Below are positions 9,258-18,054 of a DNA stretch of 64,000 bases, piece after piece. The stretch lies in assembly GCA_017432305.1 (NCBI GenBank), contig JAFRJK010000008.1, forward strand, positions 78,866 to 142,865, in the 5' to 3' direction. The position numbers and the translations under genes are program-made. Every line of letters begins with the position of its first letter. Position 1 is the first letter of the stretch. This DNA is from Candidatus Saccharimonadota bacterium (GTDB taxonomy: Bacteria > Patescibacteriota > Saccharimonadia > Saccharimonadales > Saccharimonadaceae). The notes beneath the pieces were generated by a model. That model did no database searches, was not told the DNA's origin, and saw nothing but the letters and a program-made list of their open reading frames with translations.

Positions 9258-9467
9258 TTGGATTTTTGGAGGGGTGGGAGATATTCTCGTAGTGATGGCC
9301 AAATTGCCATGCGGATAGTGGACGGTAACAAATGGGAGAATAAGGCTTTTAGCTCCACTAACGCTTGGAATACACATATGAACCATGCAGCTGGTGGCAC
9401 TGCATCGGTATGGGTTGAAACGAATAATTTTAGAGGAGACGGGTATTTCATCCGTTGCGCAACGGAT
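9258..9467 (+). repeat. FWRGG-IRC cassette E1
   Basis: Head TTGGATTTTTGGAGGGGTGGG at 9258-9278. Tail ATCCGTTGCGCAACGGAT at 9450-9467, shared with E2. Reads LDFWRGGRYSRSDGQIAMRIVDGNKWENKAFSSTNAWNTHMNHAAGGTASVWVETNNFRGDGYFIRCATD. Begins at TTG, not ATG, and has no SD. Confidence 0.85.
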
Positions 9468-9662
9468 AGGAAACCCGAACCCCCGATAATCTGACCAGCC
9501 ATGGTGCACAAAGGTAGTGCTGCCACCAGTATGCAGACCTAGATTAGCGTCAGCTGCACGATCGGACCCAGTAGCACGGTTATACCAAATTCGCCCCCAA
9601 GTAGTACGTACATGTACTTGACCGTAAGAATAATAATATTCCCCACCCCTCCAAAAATCCAA
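9450..9662 (-). repeat. FWRGG-IRC cassette E2
   Basis: Head rc at 9642-9662. Reads LDFWRGGEYYYSYGQVHVRTTWGRIWYNRATGSDRAADANLGLHTGGSTTFVHHGWSDYRGFGFPIRCATD. Converges on E1 and shares its tail palindrome. Confidence 0.85.
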
Positions 9663-9666
9663 CGGA

Positions 9667-9868
9667 TACGCAACGGATATTATTCCCATTACCACGATAA
9701 GGAATACCTTCTACCCAGATGTTAGTAGTAGTGCCATCAAAGCCAGTAGATAGATTAGAGCCATGTGTTGCACTATAAGCGAGATAAGCCCACCAATACC
9801 CAATCTCTATGCGAGCAAAAGCACCACCACTAGTCCGATAATAATACCCACCCCTCCAAAAATCCAAG
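9667..9868 (-). repeat. FWRGG-IRC cassette E3 (tandem with E2)
   Basis: Head rc at 9848-9868. Tail ATCCGTTGCGTA (rc of 9667-9678) abuts the TCCGTTGG lead-in of E2. Reads LDFWRGGYYYRTSGGAFARIEIGYWWAYLAYSATHGSNLSTGFDGTTTNIWVEGIPYRGNGNNIRCVS. An in-frame ATG at 9930 sits behind GAGGAG (9935-9940). Confidence 0.85.
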
Positions 9869-10003
9869 TAGATAACCATTTGCATTTTGTAACGCTTACG
9901 GTTATAATGAAAATACAAGTCGAGGTCCATAAAGCTCCTCGCCGTCACAAAATTTGACGTACACTCTGTGGACGAGGCATAAAGCCGACGAGCCCTAACC
10001 CCT

Positions 10004-10450
10004 CTAATTTGGAGGGGCGCACTTTTTTCTAGGTTTTCCTCGATAATTTGGGTTCATCGGGTATTCTCGCACTTTATCGACGATGTTATAAAAAATCTTT
10101 TCGGAAACAAGTCCGATCGGCTCATTTAAGCGTTTCGCTGAGTAGCGTTCGATTTGATTTAATAACGCATAAGTAGTTTCTCCGTCAACAATCACTTCCT
10201 CGGTCCAATTTTCATTCCTCTGTCTAGTCCTCGTAAAAGGAATGCCATAAAATAAGTGACCATTTATCTTACTAAAAACAAGCACTGGCCGGCGGAAAAG
10301 CTCGCCCTTCCCATCTTGCTCCGAGCCAATATTCACTCCGACCGAACACCACCAAATCTCTCCGTTATGAAACATAAATTCATACTCGCCTGCATTTAAC
10401 TTTTTCTTTATCCGATTCCATCCATCAAAATCTTTCTGATAATTTTCCAT
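10004..10450 (-). CDS. PemK/MazF-family toxin-like protein
   Basis: 148 aa. DFDGWNRIKKKL...GEIWWCSVGVNIGSEQDGKGELFRRPVLVFSK matches the long MazF/PemK subfamily (from memory). No recognisable antitoxin is adjacent. Confidence 0.6.
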   Translation of the reverse strand: MENYQKDFDGWNRIKKKLNAGEYEFMFHNGEIWWCSVGVNIGSEQDGKGELFRRPVLVFSKINGHLFYGIPFTRTRQRNENWTEEVIVDGETTYALLNQIERYSAKRLNEPIGLVSEKIFYNIVDKVREYPMNPNYRGKPRKKCAPPN

Positions 10451-10472
10451 AAATTCCTTTCATAGTGCATCA

Positions 10473-10678
10473 CCCAACGGATGATCCATCCAAGACCTCT
10501 CGGGCTATCGGCACTACCCGGGTATACCGTGGTCGAATTATATTGGTTGCCGGCATATATGCTTAGATAATTGCTCCTGTCACTATGGGTTGAACGGCGA
10601 GTTTGCCAGCGACCATGGGTCACACGATAATAGATAGCCCCAGACGTTTCATAATTCCCACCCCTCCAAAAATCCATT
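10473..10678 (-). repeat. FWRGG-IRC cassette E4 (degenerate tail; the only copy starting with ATG)
   Basis: Head rc at 10658-10678 reads ATGGATTTTTGGAGGGGTGGG. Reads MDFWRGGNYETSGAIYYRVTHGRWQTRRSTHSDRSNYLSIYAGNQYNSTTVYPGSADSPRGLGWIIRWV. Tail is ATCCGTTGGGTG. Confidence 0.8.
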
Positions 10679-10692
10679 CAGAGCAATATTAC

Positions 10693-11844
10693 TTAGAAAT
10701 AATACTCGTCCTCAATCGGCTCGTTAATTGCGCGTTTGATTAAGTCATATCTAAACCCCTGCCGAAGCAGATGTTGAATCAGTTTTCTATCGTCGTAACC
10801 TCTTCGACGTTTTTTTGCAATCACTTTTTTAATTTCAATTTCATCATCTCGGGCTTTCTCGCCGTTTTCATCCTCGCCCATCACCTCTTTAATAATATCT
10901 TCTGAGACACCTTTAACCCTAAGTTCGAGCCAAAGTTTTTTCTCCGACGTTCCTTTAATCCGGTTTCTATTTTCGACAAAATATTTTGCAAACGCCTCAT
11001 CATCAATCACTTTCATATCGATTAGTTTTGCAATTACTGCATCGATATCTTCATCTTTAATTGGTGCTGCTGGCTTTCTTGGCAAATTTGTTCTTGCGAA
11101 ACCACGATATTCAAAGCGGTTATCCGCATATTCTGAATCACGATCCACTCCAGTTGATTTTGCAAAACTATCCGTCCCTAAATCCTTATTTGAATCTGGG
11201 TTTTTCTTTCGTCTTTGCTCACGTTTCTCTTTTAGCTGTTCGTTCTTATCATGCACTTTTTGTCTAATTTCGCGAACCTCTTGGCGATATTCCTCGTCAT
11301 TCTCCAGTCGTTTTAAGAAGTCGTCATACCTTTGTTGTTCAATTTTACGTTTAAATTGTTTTCGACGAAGATAATTCCGAATTTCTCTCTCGGAATGTGG
11401 GCGCGTAAAAGCATACTCAAGTGTTCTTTGAAAAAGTTTTCCAAAATCGGATGCCGATTGAAACTCATTAATTTGTTCTCTTGTATAGACTTTCCCAACT
11501 CGGATTCCAAAATCAGACACCTGATTGATCGTTAAGGAAAAAGCAAATCTCCCACCAAGGAAAACATTAACGCGGTTTTTATCCTTTACTCCCGGACGAA
11601 GATCAGTGACTTCACGTGGGTTCATTCTCCCTCTTGGTCTTTTCGGAAATTTTAGCCCAGCGGTTTTGTCAATAAAATCATCTTCAAAATCCTCAAAATC
11701 ATCCACCTCATCATTATCATCCCCCTCATCTTCGAACTTGCCGAGTTTTTTATCTCGGAGATTTATAATTTCCACCAATTTTCTCCAAATAAATTTTTGA
11801 TAATTCCATGGCAGTTTTCGCAACCCGTAACGGCTCTTTTGCAT
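10693..11844 (-). CDS. recX: RecX-like regulatory protein (unusually long, 383 aa)
   Basis: Lies downstream of recA. Contains RecX-type helical repeats (FTRPHSEREIRNYLRRKQ; LELRVKGVSEDIIKEVM; RRGYDDRKLIQHLLRQGFRYDLIKRAI). The predicted start overlaps the NUDIX gene by 95 nt, so the true start is uncertain. Confidence 0.55.
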   Translation of the reverse strand: MQKSRYGLRKLPWNYQKFIWRKLVEIINLRDKKLGKFEDEGDDNDEVDDFEDFEDDFIDKTAGLKFPKRPRGRMNPREVTDLRPGVKDKNRVNVFLGGRFAFSLTINQVSDFGIRVGKVYTREQINEFQSASDFGKLFQRTLEYAFTRPHSEREIRNYLRRKQFKRKIEQQRYDDFLKRLENDEEYRQEVREIRQKVHDKNEQLKEKREQRRKKNPDSNKDLGTDSFAKSTGVDRDSEYADNRFEYRGFARTNLPRKPAAPIKDEDIDAVIAKLIDMKVIDDEAFAKYFVENRNRIKGTSEKKLWLELRVKGVSEDIIKEVMGEDENGEKARDDEIEIKKVIAKKRRRGYDDRKLIQHLLRQGFRYDLIKRAINEPIEDEYYF

Positions 11845-12316
11845 TTTTATCTATGAACGATGTAAATTCAGAAAGTGGAACCCATTTTACTTCGGAAACT
11901 TCTCTATCATCAAAGTGAAAATCATCTCCTCGCCCCGTCCAATCACAGATAAAGTAATTATTAATAAGGCTTCTTTGCATCCCATAAAGCGAGAAAAGAT
12001 ATCTTAAATCACTCTCTTTTATCTCGATTCCGATTTCCTCGCGAGCTTCTCGGATTGCCGCCTCGGTAATTGTTTCGCCATAATTCATATGACCGGCTGC
12101 CGAAATGTCCCACTTATTGGCGTTATGTACGAACTCAGAGCGATGTTGGAATAAGACTTCAATCCCATTTTTAGTTCTTCTATAGAGCCAAACATCAACC
12201 GCCCCGACCGCAAAATCTGAGCCCATACTCGGATTATCGAGTGCCGAATCGTACCCACCGTCTTTTAGAGGAATGCCAGAAAGACTATAAGCTTGCCATA
12301 ACTCCCCTTTATGCAT
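11750..12316 (-). CDS. NUDIX hydrolase
   Basis: Nudix box GHMNYGETITEAAIREAREEIGIEI. Confidence 0.8.
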   Translation of the reverse strand: MHKGELWQAYSLSGIPLKDGGYDSALDNPSMGSDFAVGAVDVWLYRRTKNGIEVLFQHRSEFVHNANKWDISAAGHMNYGETITEAAIREAREEIGIEIKESDLRYLFSLYGMQRSLINNYFICDWTGRGDDFHFDDREVSEVKWVPLSEFTSFIDKNAKEPLRVAKTAMELSKIYLEKIGGNYKSPR

Positions 12317-13347
12317 TAGTCTTCTTCCTCAGCTTTTGCGCGAACTTTTTTCTCAATTTCCGCCATCAACTTTGGATTTTCTTTGAATAGTTTCTTTACT
12401 GTCTCACGGCCTTGGCCAATTGTCTCGCCATTATATTTAAGGAATGCACCAGCTTTTTCAACTACGCCATATTGTACCGCGAGGTCGAGAATATCGCCGG
12501 TCTTTGAAATACCTTCATTATACATAATGTCGAACTCAGCTGTCCTAAATGGTGCCGCAATCTTGTTCTTCACAACTTTAACTTTTGTCCTGTTTCCAGA
12601 AACATCATCGCCATCTTTAATCTGTCCGATTCTACGAATATCAAGACGAACCGACGCATAGAATTTAAGCGCATTACCACCAGTAGTTGTTTCTGGATTT
12701 CCGAACATCACGCCAATCTTCATACGAATCTGGTTAATGAAAATAACTGTTGCTTTTGATTTTGCAATAATACCAGTGAGTTTACGCATTGCTTGTGACA
12801 TTAAGCGTGCTTGAAGCCCCATTTGTGCGTCACCCATATCACCATCAATTTCAGCTTGCGGAACGAGCGCTGCGACCGAGTCAACAACGATTAAGTCAAC
12901 CGCACCTGAACGAACGAGCGTCTCACAAATCTCGAGTGCCGATTCGCCGTTATCTGGTTGCGAAATTAAAAGATTTTCTGTGTCAACTCCGATGCGTTTT
13001 GCGTAAGCTGGGTCAAGTGCATGCTCTGCATCAATGAACGCAGCTTGGCCTCCGCCTTTTTGGACTTCAGAAATTGCATGAAGCGCAAGTGTAGTTTTAC
13101 CGGAAGATTCCGGGCCGTAGATTTCGATAATACGACCTTTTGGATACCCACCACCAAGTGCTAAATCAAGCGATAAAGAACCGGAAGGAATTAATTCGAC
13201 ATCGATTTTTCTCGTTTCACCGAGTTTCATAATCGAGCCTTCGCCGAATTGCTTGGTAATTTGTGCCACCGCAAGTTTTAGAGCTTCGTTCTTCCCGTCA
13301 TTTTTTTCTGCCTTTGTAGCCTTTTCAGTTTGAGTGGACTTTGCCAT
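12316..13347 (-). CDS. recA: Recombinase RecA
   Basis: GPESSGKTT Walker A and full RecA-family sequence. AGGAGG lies 7 nt upstream of the ATG at 13347 (MAKSTQ...). The ORF-track start at 13389 is unlikely. Confidence 0.95.
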   Translation of the reverse strand: MAKSTQTEKATKAEKNDGKNEALKLAVAQITKQFGEGSIMKLGETRKIDVELIPSGSLSLDLALGGGYPKGRIIEIYGPESSGKTTLALHAISEVQKGGGQAAFIDAEHALDPAYAKRIGVDTENLLISQPDNGESALEICETLVRSGAVDLIVVDSVAALVPQAEIDGDMGDAQMGLQARLMSQAMRKLTGIIAKSKATVIFINQIRMKIGVMFGNPETTTGGNALKFYASVRLDIRRIGQIKDGDDVSGNRTKVKVVKNKIAAPFRTAEFDIMYNEGISKTGDILDLAVQYGVVEKAGAFLKYNGETIGQGRETVKKLFKENPKLMAEIEKKVRAKAEEED

Positions 13348-13555
13348 TTTATACCTCCTAAATGTTATGTCTATTATATCATTCTTCACCCCAAAAATGA
13401 AGACAGGCTCTCTGATTTCGGCTACGGCTCTTTTGAGTAGAGCGCGTTGGTCTTTAGAACTTTAAGGCAGAAACCCTAACCCTAACGTAACAAATATTTT
13501 TTTATCCTGCAAGCACAAGGATTATGGAGTTTTACTTTTATGTTATAATATCTAT

Positions 13556-13777
13556 ATGATAAAAATTTATACCACTGATACTTGCGTCTATTGCCATGCT
13601 CTCATGGAGTGGCTTGATGAACAGGGAATTAAATATGAAGAATGTGACGCGAATCTAGACCCAACTATTTCTGGAGTCCCAGTCACTCGTATTGAAATGG
13701 CCGACGGTTCAATCCGTGAAATTATTGGTTTCGACCGTCCAGCGATCAAGAAAGCTTTAAAGGAATTAGCCGCCTAA
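13556..13777 (+). CDS. Glutaredoxin-like protein (NrdH-like)
   Basis: 73 aa with the CVYC redox motif in a thioredoxin-fold context. Leaderless: TATAAT at 13544-13549, 6 nt, then ATG. Confidence 0.7.
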   Translation: MIKIYTTDTCVYCHALMEWLDEQGIKYEECDANLDPTISGVPVTRIEMADGSIREIIGFDRPAIKKALKELAA

Positions 13778-13778
13778 A

Positions 13779-14516
13779 ATGAAAAAACCGAAGCTGCTCT
13801 TTGTTCATGGTTTCCGTGGGAATCATCTTGGCTTGAAAGAGACAAGAGATTATCTTGAAAATCTCGGTTATGATTGCTATGCTCCGGACATCCCACCAGC
13901 TTTTAATACTCAAGCCGAAAAAGTCCCAGAACTTGAAGGCTATACAGCCGACGCCTACGCAAAATGGATTGCTGATTATATTAAGATGCATAAACTAGAT
14001 CGCCCAATTTTAATTGGTCATTCGATGGGCTCGATTATCTCCGCTGCTACTGCCGAAAAATATCCAGATTTAATTAATGACAAAATTTTCTTACTTTCTC
14101 CGATTTGCGTCACCCCGCCGAAATTCATTTGTAATCTCGCTCCGCTTTCTGTCATCCTCCCGAATAAAATGATTGGTTATCTTACAACAAAATATCTTCT
14201 CATTAAAAAAGATAAAGAGACTCTAAAGAAAACCCTAGAACTTACCTATAAATGTACTGAGAAATTTACTTCAAAAAGAAACACTGGTCACGCTGCAAAA
14301 TTTAGTATTTCCTATGCCATCTCCGATTTTAATTTTAAAAAGAACTGCGTTTTTATCGCTGGCGATACTGATAAGTTAAATAGCAGAGATCAAGTAAAAT
14401 CCGTCGCAGAAAAATTTGGCACTGAACCGATTTTTATCGAAAAATCCGGCCATCTTATTAACTATGAAGAGCCAATAAAACTTGCTGAAATAATTGCCGA
14501 AAAATTAGAAGACTAA
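13779..14516 (+). CDS. Alpha/beta-fold hydrolase
   Basis: LFVHGFRGNH oxyanion region and the nucleophile elbow GHSMGS. Confidence 0.75.
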   Translation: MKKPKLLFVHGFRGNHLGLKETRDYLENLGYDCYAPDIPPAFNTQAEKVPELEGYTADAYAKWIADYIKMHKLDRPILIGHSMGSIISAATAEKYPDLINDKIFLLSPICVTPPKFICNLAPLSVILPNKMIGYLTTKYLLIKKDKETLKKTLELTYKCTEKFTSKRNTGHAAKFSISYAISDFNFKKNCVFIAGDTDKLNSRDQVKSVAEKFGTEPIFIEKSGHLINYEEPIKLAEIIAEKLED

Positions 14517-15058
14517 ATCCATTTAATAAGGCGCTTATATTCTTCAGAGTCTTTTTCGTATGAGTCAAGAATATCTTCGGTATAAGTTTTTCCGTTCGAG
14601 ATATTTAAAGTTTCAACTTCTGGGCAAGACGCAAGTAGTCTAATAATTGCCTCGTCAGTATCAATATTCGTCATTGATTTCCTTTTGTCAGTGGAGTGCG
14701 AATGAACGCGGAGTTCTTTATAAACGAACCTCTTGATTCCCGCTTGGAGACAATGTTTAAGACAATTCTCACAAGTTGCAATCATATTATAAAGCGTACA
14801 ACCAGTTAGATCCCTTCCTGCAAAAATTAGCGCGTTCATCTCCGAATGAATCGCAAAATAATATTTCATCGGGCGTTCTGAAAGCGTCATTTTTGATTCG
14901 TCCGCACCTTGGATTGTTCCGTTGTAACCGAAAGAAACTGGTCGCTTTTTTTCATCAACGATTACACACCCATTTTTTGAAGACGGATCCTTTGATTTCT
15001 TCGCAACCGTCTCTGCGATTTCCATGAAATATTCGTCCCAAGACATCTTTTTGTCCAT
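14513..15058 (-). CDS. Deoxycytidylate (dCMP) deaminase / ComEB family
   Basis: HSEMNAL ... CENCLKHCLQAGIKRFVY is the zinc-binding CDA motif (H-x-E, C-x2-C). Confidence 0.8.
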   Translation of the reverse strand: MDKKMSWDEYFMEIAETVAKKSKDPSSKNGCVIVDEKKRPVSFGYNGTIQGADESKMTLSERPMKYYFAIHSEMNALIFAGRDLTGCTLYNMIATCENCLKHCLQAGIKRFVYKELRVHSHSTDKRKSMTNIDTDEAIIRLLASCPEVETLNISNGKTYTEDILDSYEKDSEEYKRLIKWI

Positions 15059-15203
15059 CTTAAAAACCTCTTATTTTCTTTAGTATATCACAAAATAAAA
15101 AACTAGCGCCCCTTAAAACGCTCATGCTTGTCATGTTAAAAAATCTTTGTTAGTATGGGGAAGGCTTAAGAGACTAGAATTAAATATTTAACGAGGAGTA
15201 TTT

Positions 15204-16910
15204 ATGAGGTCTCTTTTTAAAATCTCTCTATTATTTTCTATCCCAATTTTAATTTTCATATCTAGTACTAACGTTAGTTCGAAGGAAGCTGAATCTTGCT
15301 CTGATTTTGAATTCATCTTCGCGCGCGGTTCCGGTCAAAATCTAAACGACACCGACTTTAAAGCGTTTAAATCTGCAATTTCCACGAAATTGAGTGGCTA
15401 TTCGTTCAATATCTATGAACTTGGTCAAGATGGAACTAGTGAAAGTTACCCAGCGATTAGTGTCGCTAATTTTAAAGCGATTAGCGTCTTCCTCTCGGCT
15501 GGAAAATCTTATGAGTTTAGTGAGTCGGTCGAGAAAGGTGTGAAAGAATTAAAATCCCGTATCGTCTCCGAATTGAAAAGATGTAAAAATAAAAAATTCA
15601 TTCTCGCTGGCTATTCCCAGGGTGCGTTAGTAATAAACTATACTCTCCCAGATATTGACGCAAATAAAATCGTCTATGCCGCAACTTTTGGCGATCCAAA
15701 GCTCTACCTCCCAGAGGGGAAGAACCCAAAAAGCACCGCTTGTAAGAATATCGGTCTTTCAAACTATCGCATCTATGTCCCAGATTGCTATGTTGAGGAA
15801 GGTATTCTTACTGCCTTGAAACCTTATCAACAGCCCGAATATCTCGATAAACTTGGAGCCTTTTGTAATATCAATGACTTTATGTGTGGCTCGAATCTTA
15901 ATATTTTAAACCCGATGGAAGGCCACACAGCTTATAATTCTAAGAATGGTTACGAAAAATTTGCGGAGATTATTCTTGAGAAAATTAAATTAACAAGTGG
16001 TGAAAGTCCTAAGAACAAGACCGATATTTCTTTAGAAACAACCTCTACCTATTCCGCCTCCCGCCCGAAAGATATTGTTGTGCTTTTTGATTGTACGCAA
16101 TATGTTCTCGGTTCGGAATTGCTAAAAGAACAAAAGGCAATCGTCGACAGCCTAAGGGATAAGCTTGTTGGCTACGCCGAACATGGCGCAAGAGTCGCCG
16201 TCGCTAATGCTTGTTCCGTCTCGAATAAATTTGATGGTTACAGTTACTCGAACTTCGATATATGGGTTCCGTTCACAAGTAATAGTCTTTGCGCAAGAAT
16301 CGACGAATTTAACCTCCATCATTTCCAAAACGTTTTCCGCTATCAACTAAATAATAATTACAATAATATCTATTCTGCAATTCGCCAAGCCATAAAACTT
16401 GATACCTGGCGTAACGGTGCAGATAAACATATTATCGTCATCACACATACTAATTATTCATCCGCGAAAAGTGCCGATGGGACTGGTGCTAACACGGTAA
16501 TTGAATCCGCGAAAGATGCCGGGGTAAAAATTTCATTTGTCACTAGCAACACTTTAAAAAATGATCCAAATTATCTCAATATTATTAGCGAAACTAGTGG
16601 AATAAATATTGGTGATGATTTTTCAAAGATTAAATTTTCGAGGAACGCTATTTCGGAAGAAAAAACGAAACTTTTCATGAAAGAAATTAGCTTGAACCAA
16701 AGTTCCGAATATAGTGTCATTGTCGTAAACGATGTTGTCTATGGCTATTCGCGTGAGAAAACTTTGAAGATTATCGGACTCGATGCCTCACGAAAAAACG
16801 TAATAAAAGTTATTGGATATAACGCCGCCGGTGAAAGAATTTCCGATAAAACTTATAATATTAATCCTGAAAATATTGGCGCCCCAGATTGTGGCACTGC
16901 TTTAGACTAG
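15204..16910 (+). CDS. Secreted cutinase-like serine esterase fused to a vWA-like domain
   Basis: Signal peptide. CSDFEFIFARGSGQ and GYSQGA are cutinase-family hallmarks. The C-terminal half (IVVLFDCT...IIVITHTN) looks vWA-like. Confidence 0.55.
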   Translation: MRSLFKISLLFSIPILIFISSTNVSSKEAESCSDFEFIFARGSGQNLNDTDFKAFKSAISTKLSGYSFNIYELGQDGTSESYPAISVANFKAISVFLSAGKSYEFSESVEKGVKELKSRIVSELKRCKNKKFILAGYSQGALVINYTLPDIDANKIVYAATFGDPKLYLPEGKNPKSTACKNIGLSNYRIYVPDCYVEEGILTALKPYQQPEYLDKLGAFCNINDFMCGSNLNILNPMEGHTAYNSKNGYEKFAEIILEKIKLTSGESPKNKTDISLETTSTYSASRPKDIVVLFDCTQYVLGSELLKEQKAIVDSLRDKLVGYAEHGARVAVANACSVSNKFDGYSYSNFDIWVPFTSNSLCARIDEFNLHHFQNVFRYQLNNNYNNIYSAIRQAIKLDTWRNGADKHIIVITHTNYSSAKSADGTGANTVIESAKDAGVKISFVTSNTLKNDPNYLNIISETSGINIGDDFSKIKFSRNAISEEKTKLFMKEISLNQSSEYSVIVVNDVVYGYSREKTLKIIGLDASRKNVIKVIGYNAAGERISDKTYNINPENIGAPDCGTALD

Positions 16911-17107
16911 TTTTTCTTTGAAGAAAGATGATAGTGATCGCCGTACTCGCACTTATAAACTGAAAGTTCTGGCGCATCATGATCGTATTGCGCTACCTTT
17001 GCCGCTACTTCCGCCTCTTCGCGGGTATCATAAGAAATCTTCTGTGTCTCTCCAACCCAGCATTTCTTCGGCTCGTACACCCCTAAATTCTGGTTCACTT
17101 TTCTCAT
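16907..17107 (-). CDS. Small hypothetical protein (66 aa)
   Basis: ORF with a TATAAT about 21 nt upstream on the minus strand. No family recognised. Confidence 0.35.
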   Translation of the reverse strand: MRKVNQNLGVYEPKKCWVGETQKISYDTREEAEVAAKVAQYDHDAPELSVYKCEYGDHYHLSSKKN

Positions 17108-17198
17108 AACTTATCTAGAAAAACATTATATCCCACATCTCAAAAATTATAAAGTGCTATAATAATGGCGGAATAATATAAGATAAAAAGAGGGAAAA

Positions 17199-17768
17199 AT
17201 GAGAAAACACGGGTGCAATTCTGTTTATTTTGGTAGCGAAAAGAAAATTTTAAAAGCTTTTTCGAAAGTTCTAGTAGAGACGCGCTCTGTTAATGTAAAA
17301 ACTCGCCAGATTTCGAAAGCCGCTGGTATTGCGAATTCGTCATTTTATATTCACTACCACTCCCTCACAGATTTAATCGAGAAAAATGAAGAGAAAATTC
17401 TTGATGGCCTCAACCTTGAGGTTCGAAAAATGGCTAGAAAGGATTGTTCGCTCGAGCAAGCTTATCGGAATATTCTTCTTTATCTCTATAAACACCGTGA
17501 TTTTTTAGATATTATTATGAAAATTAAAAATGTTGAAACACCAATGAAAATTCTCCGTTATATTAAGCCACTTATTGATGAGAATTGGGAACGTTTTGGT
17601 GATAAAGTCAGCGAATATATCTTCTTACAATTCTCCTTTACTGCGATGGTAGAATTTTTAACCTGGCAAAGCGAACGTTATTCGCTTGAAAAAATCGGGA
17701 AGCACGCACATAACCTCGCTAACCTCACCATCTCCGCTCCGAGTTATTTCGGAAAACTTTATTACTAA
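17199..17768 (+). CDS. TetR-like transcriptional regulator
   Basis: N-terminal HTH-like TRQISKAAGIANSSFYIHYHSLTDLI and typical TetR size. Confidence 0.5.
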   Translation: MRKHGCNSVYFGSEKKILKAFSKVLVETRSVNVKTRQISKAAGIANSSFYIHYHSLTDLIEKNEEKILDGLNLEVRKMARKDCSLEQAYRNILLYLYKHRDFLDIIMKIKNVETPMKILRYIKPLIDENWERFGDKVSEYIFLQFSFTAMVEFLTWQSERYSLEKIGKHAHNLANLTISAPSYFGKLYY

Positions 17769-17907
17769 CCACCATAAATAGTGTTTGAGCCTAGTCTAAA
17801 AACGCTAAATATCGGGGTTGACTTTTAAATTTTTCATTTTGTACTACCTCTGAACGACGCTAGAAAAAATGTAGTAAATATTACAACAAAATATAAGCAT
17901 TTTCATA

Positions 17908-17960
17908 TTGACACCACACATATAGTGCCATAAAATAGAAACAGACACTAGATATAGCGT
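17908..17960 (+). promoter_or_regulatory. nrdD promoter (TTGACA-17-TAAAAT) with two candidate NrdR boxes
   Basis: TTGACA at 17908-17913 and TAAAAT at 17931-17936. Box 1 ACCACACATATAGTGC at 17913-17928 and box 2 ACACTAGATATAGCGT at 17945-17960, 32 bp centre to centre, compared with the consensus acaCwAtATaTwGtgt. Confidence 0.45.
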
Positions 17961-18054
17961 CGGAAGGTTACAGGAAAATATTCCAAACAACAATTAATAA
18001 TAAATAAAAACCACAAAAAATATAATTTGGACACGAAACTAGGAGGTAATTTTT

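Noticed and set aside
13387-13400. CACCCCAAAAATGA (rc TCATTTTTGGGGTG) upstream of recA could be another truncated cassette head.
   Set aside because: It matches only about 10 nt of the head, and no spacer or tail is nearby. The evidence is too weak to call.
13474-13485. There is a telomere-like (CCCTAA)x2 motif.
   Set aside because: It has only two units in the recA/nrdH intergenic region and is most simply explained by chance.
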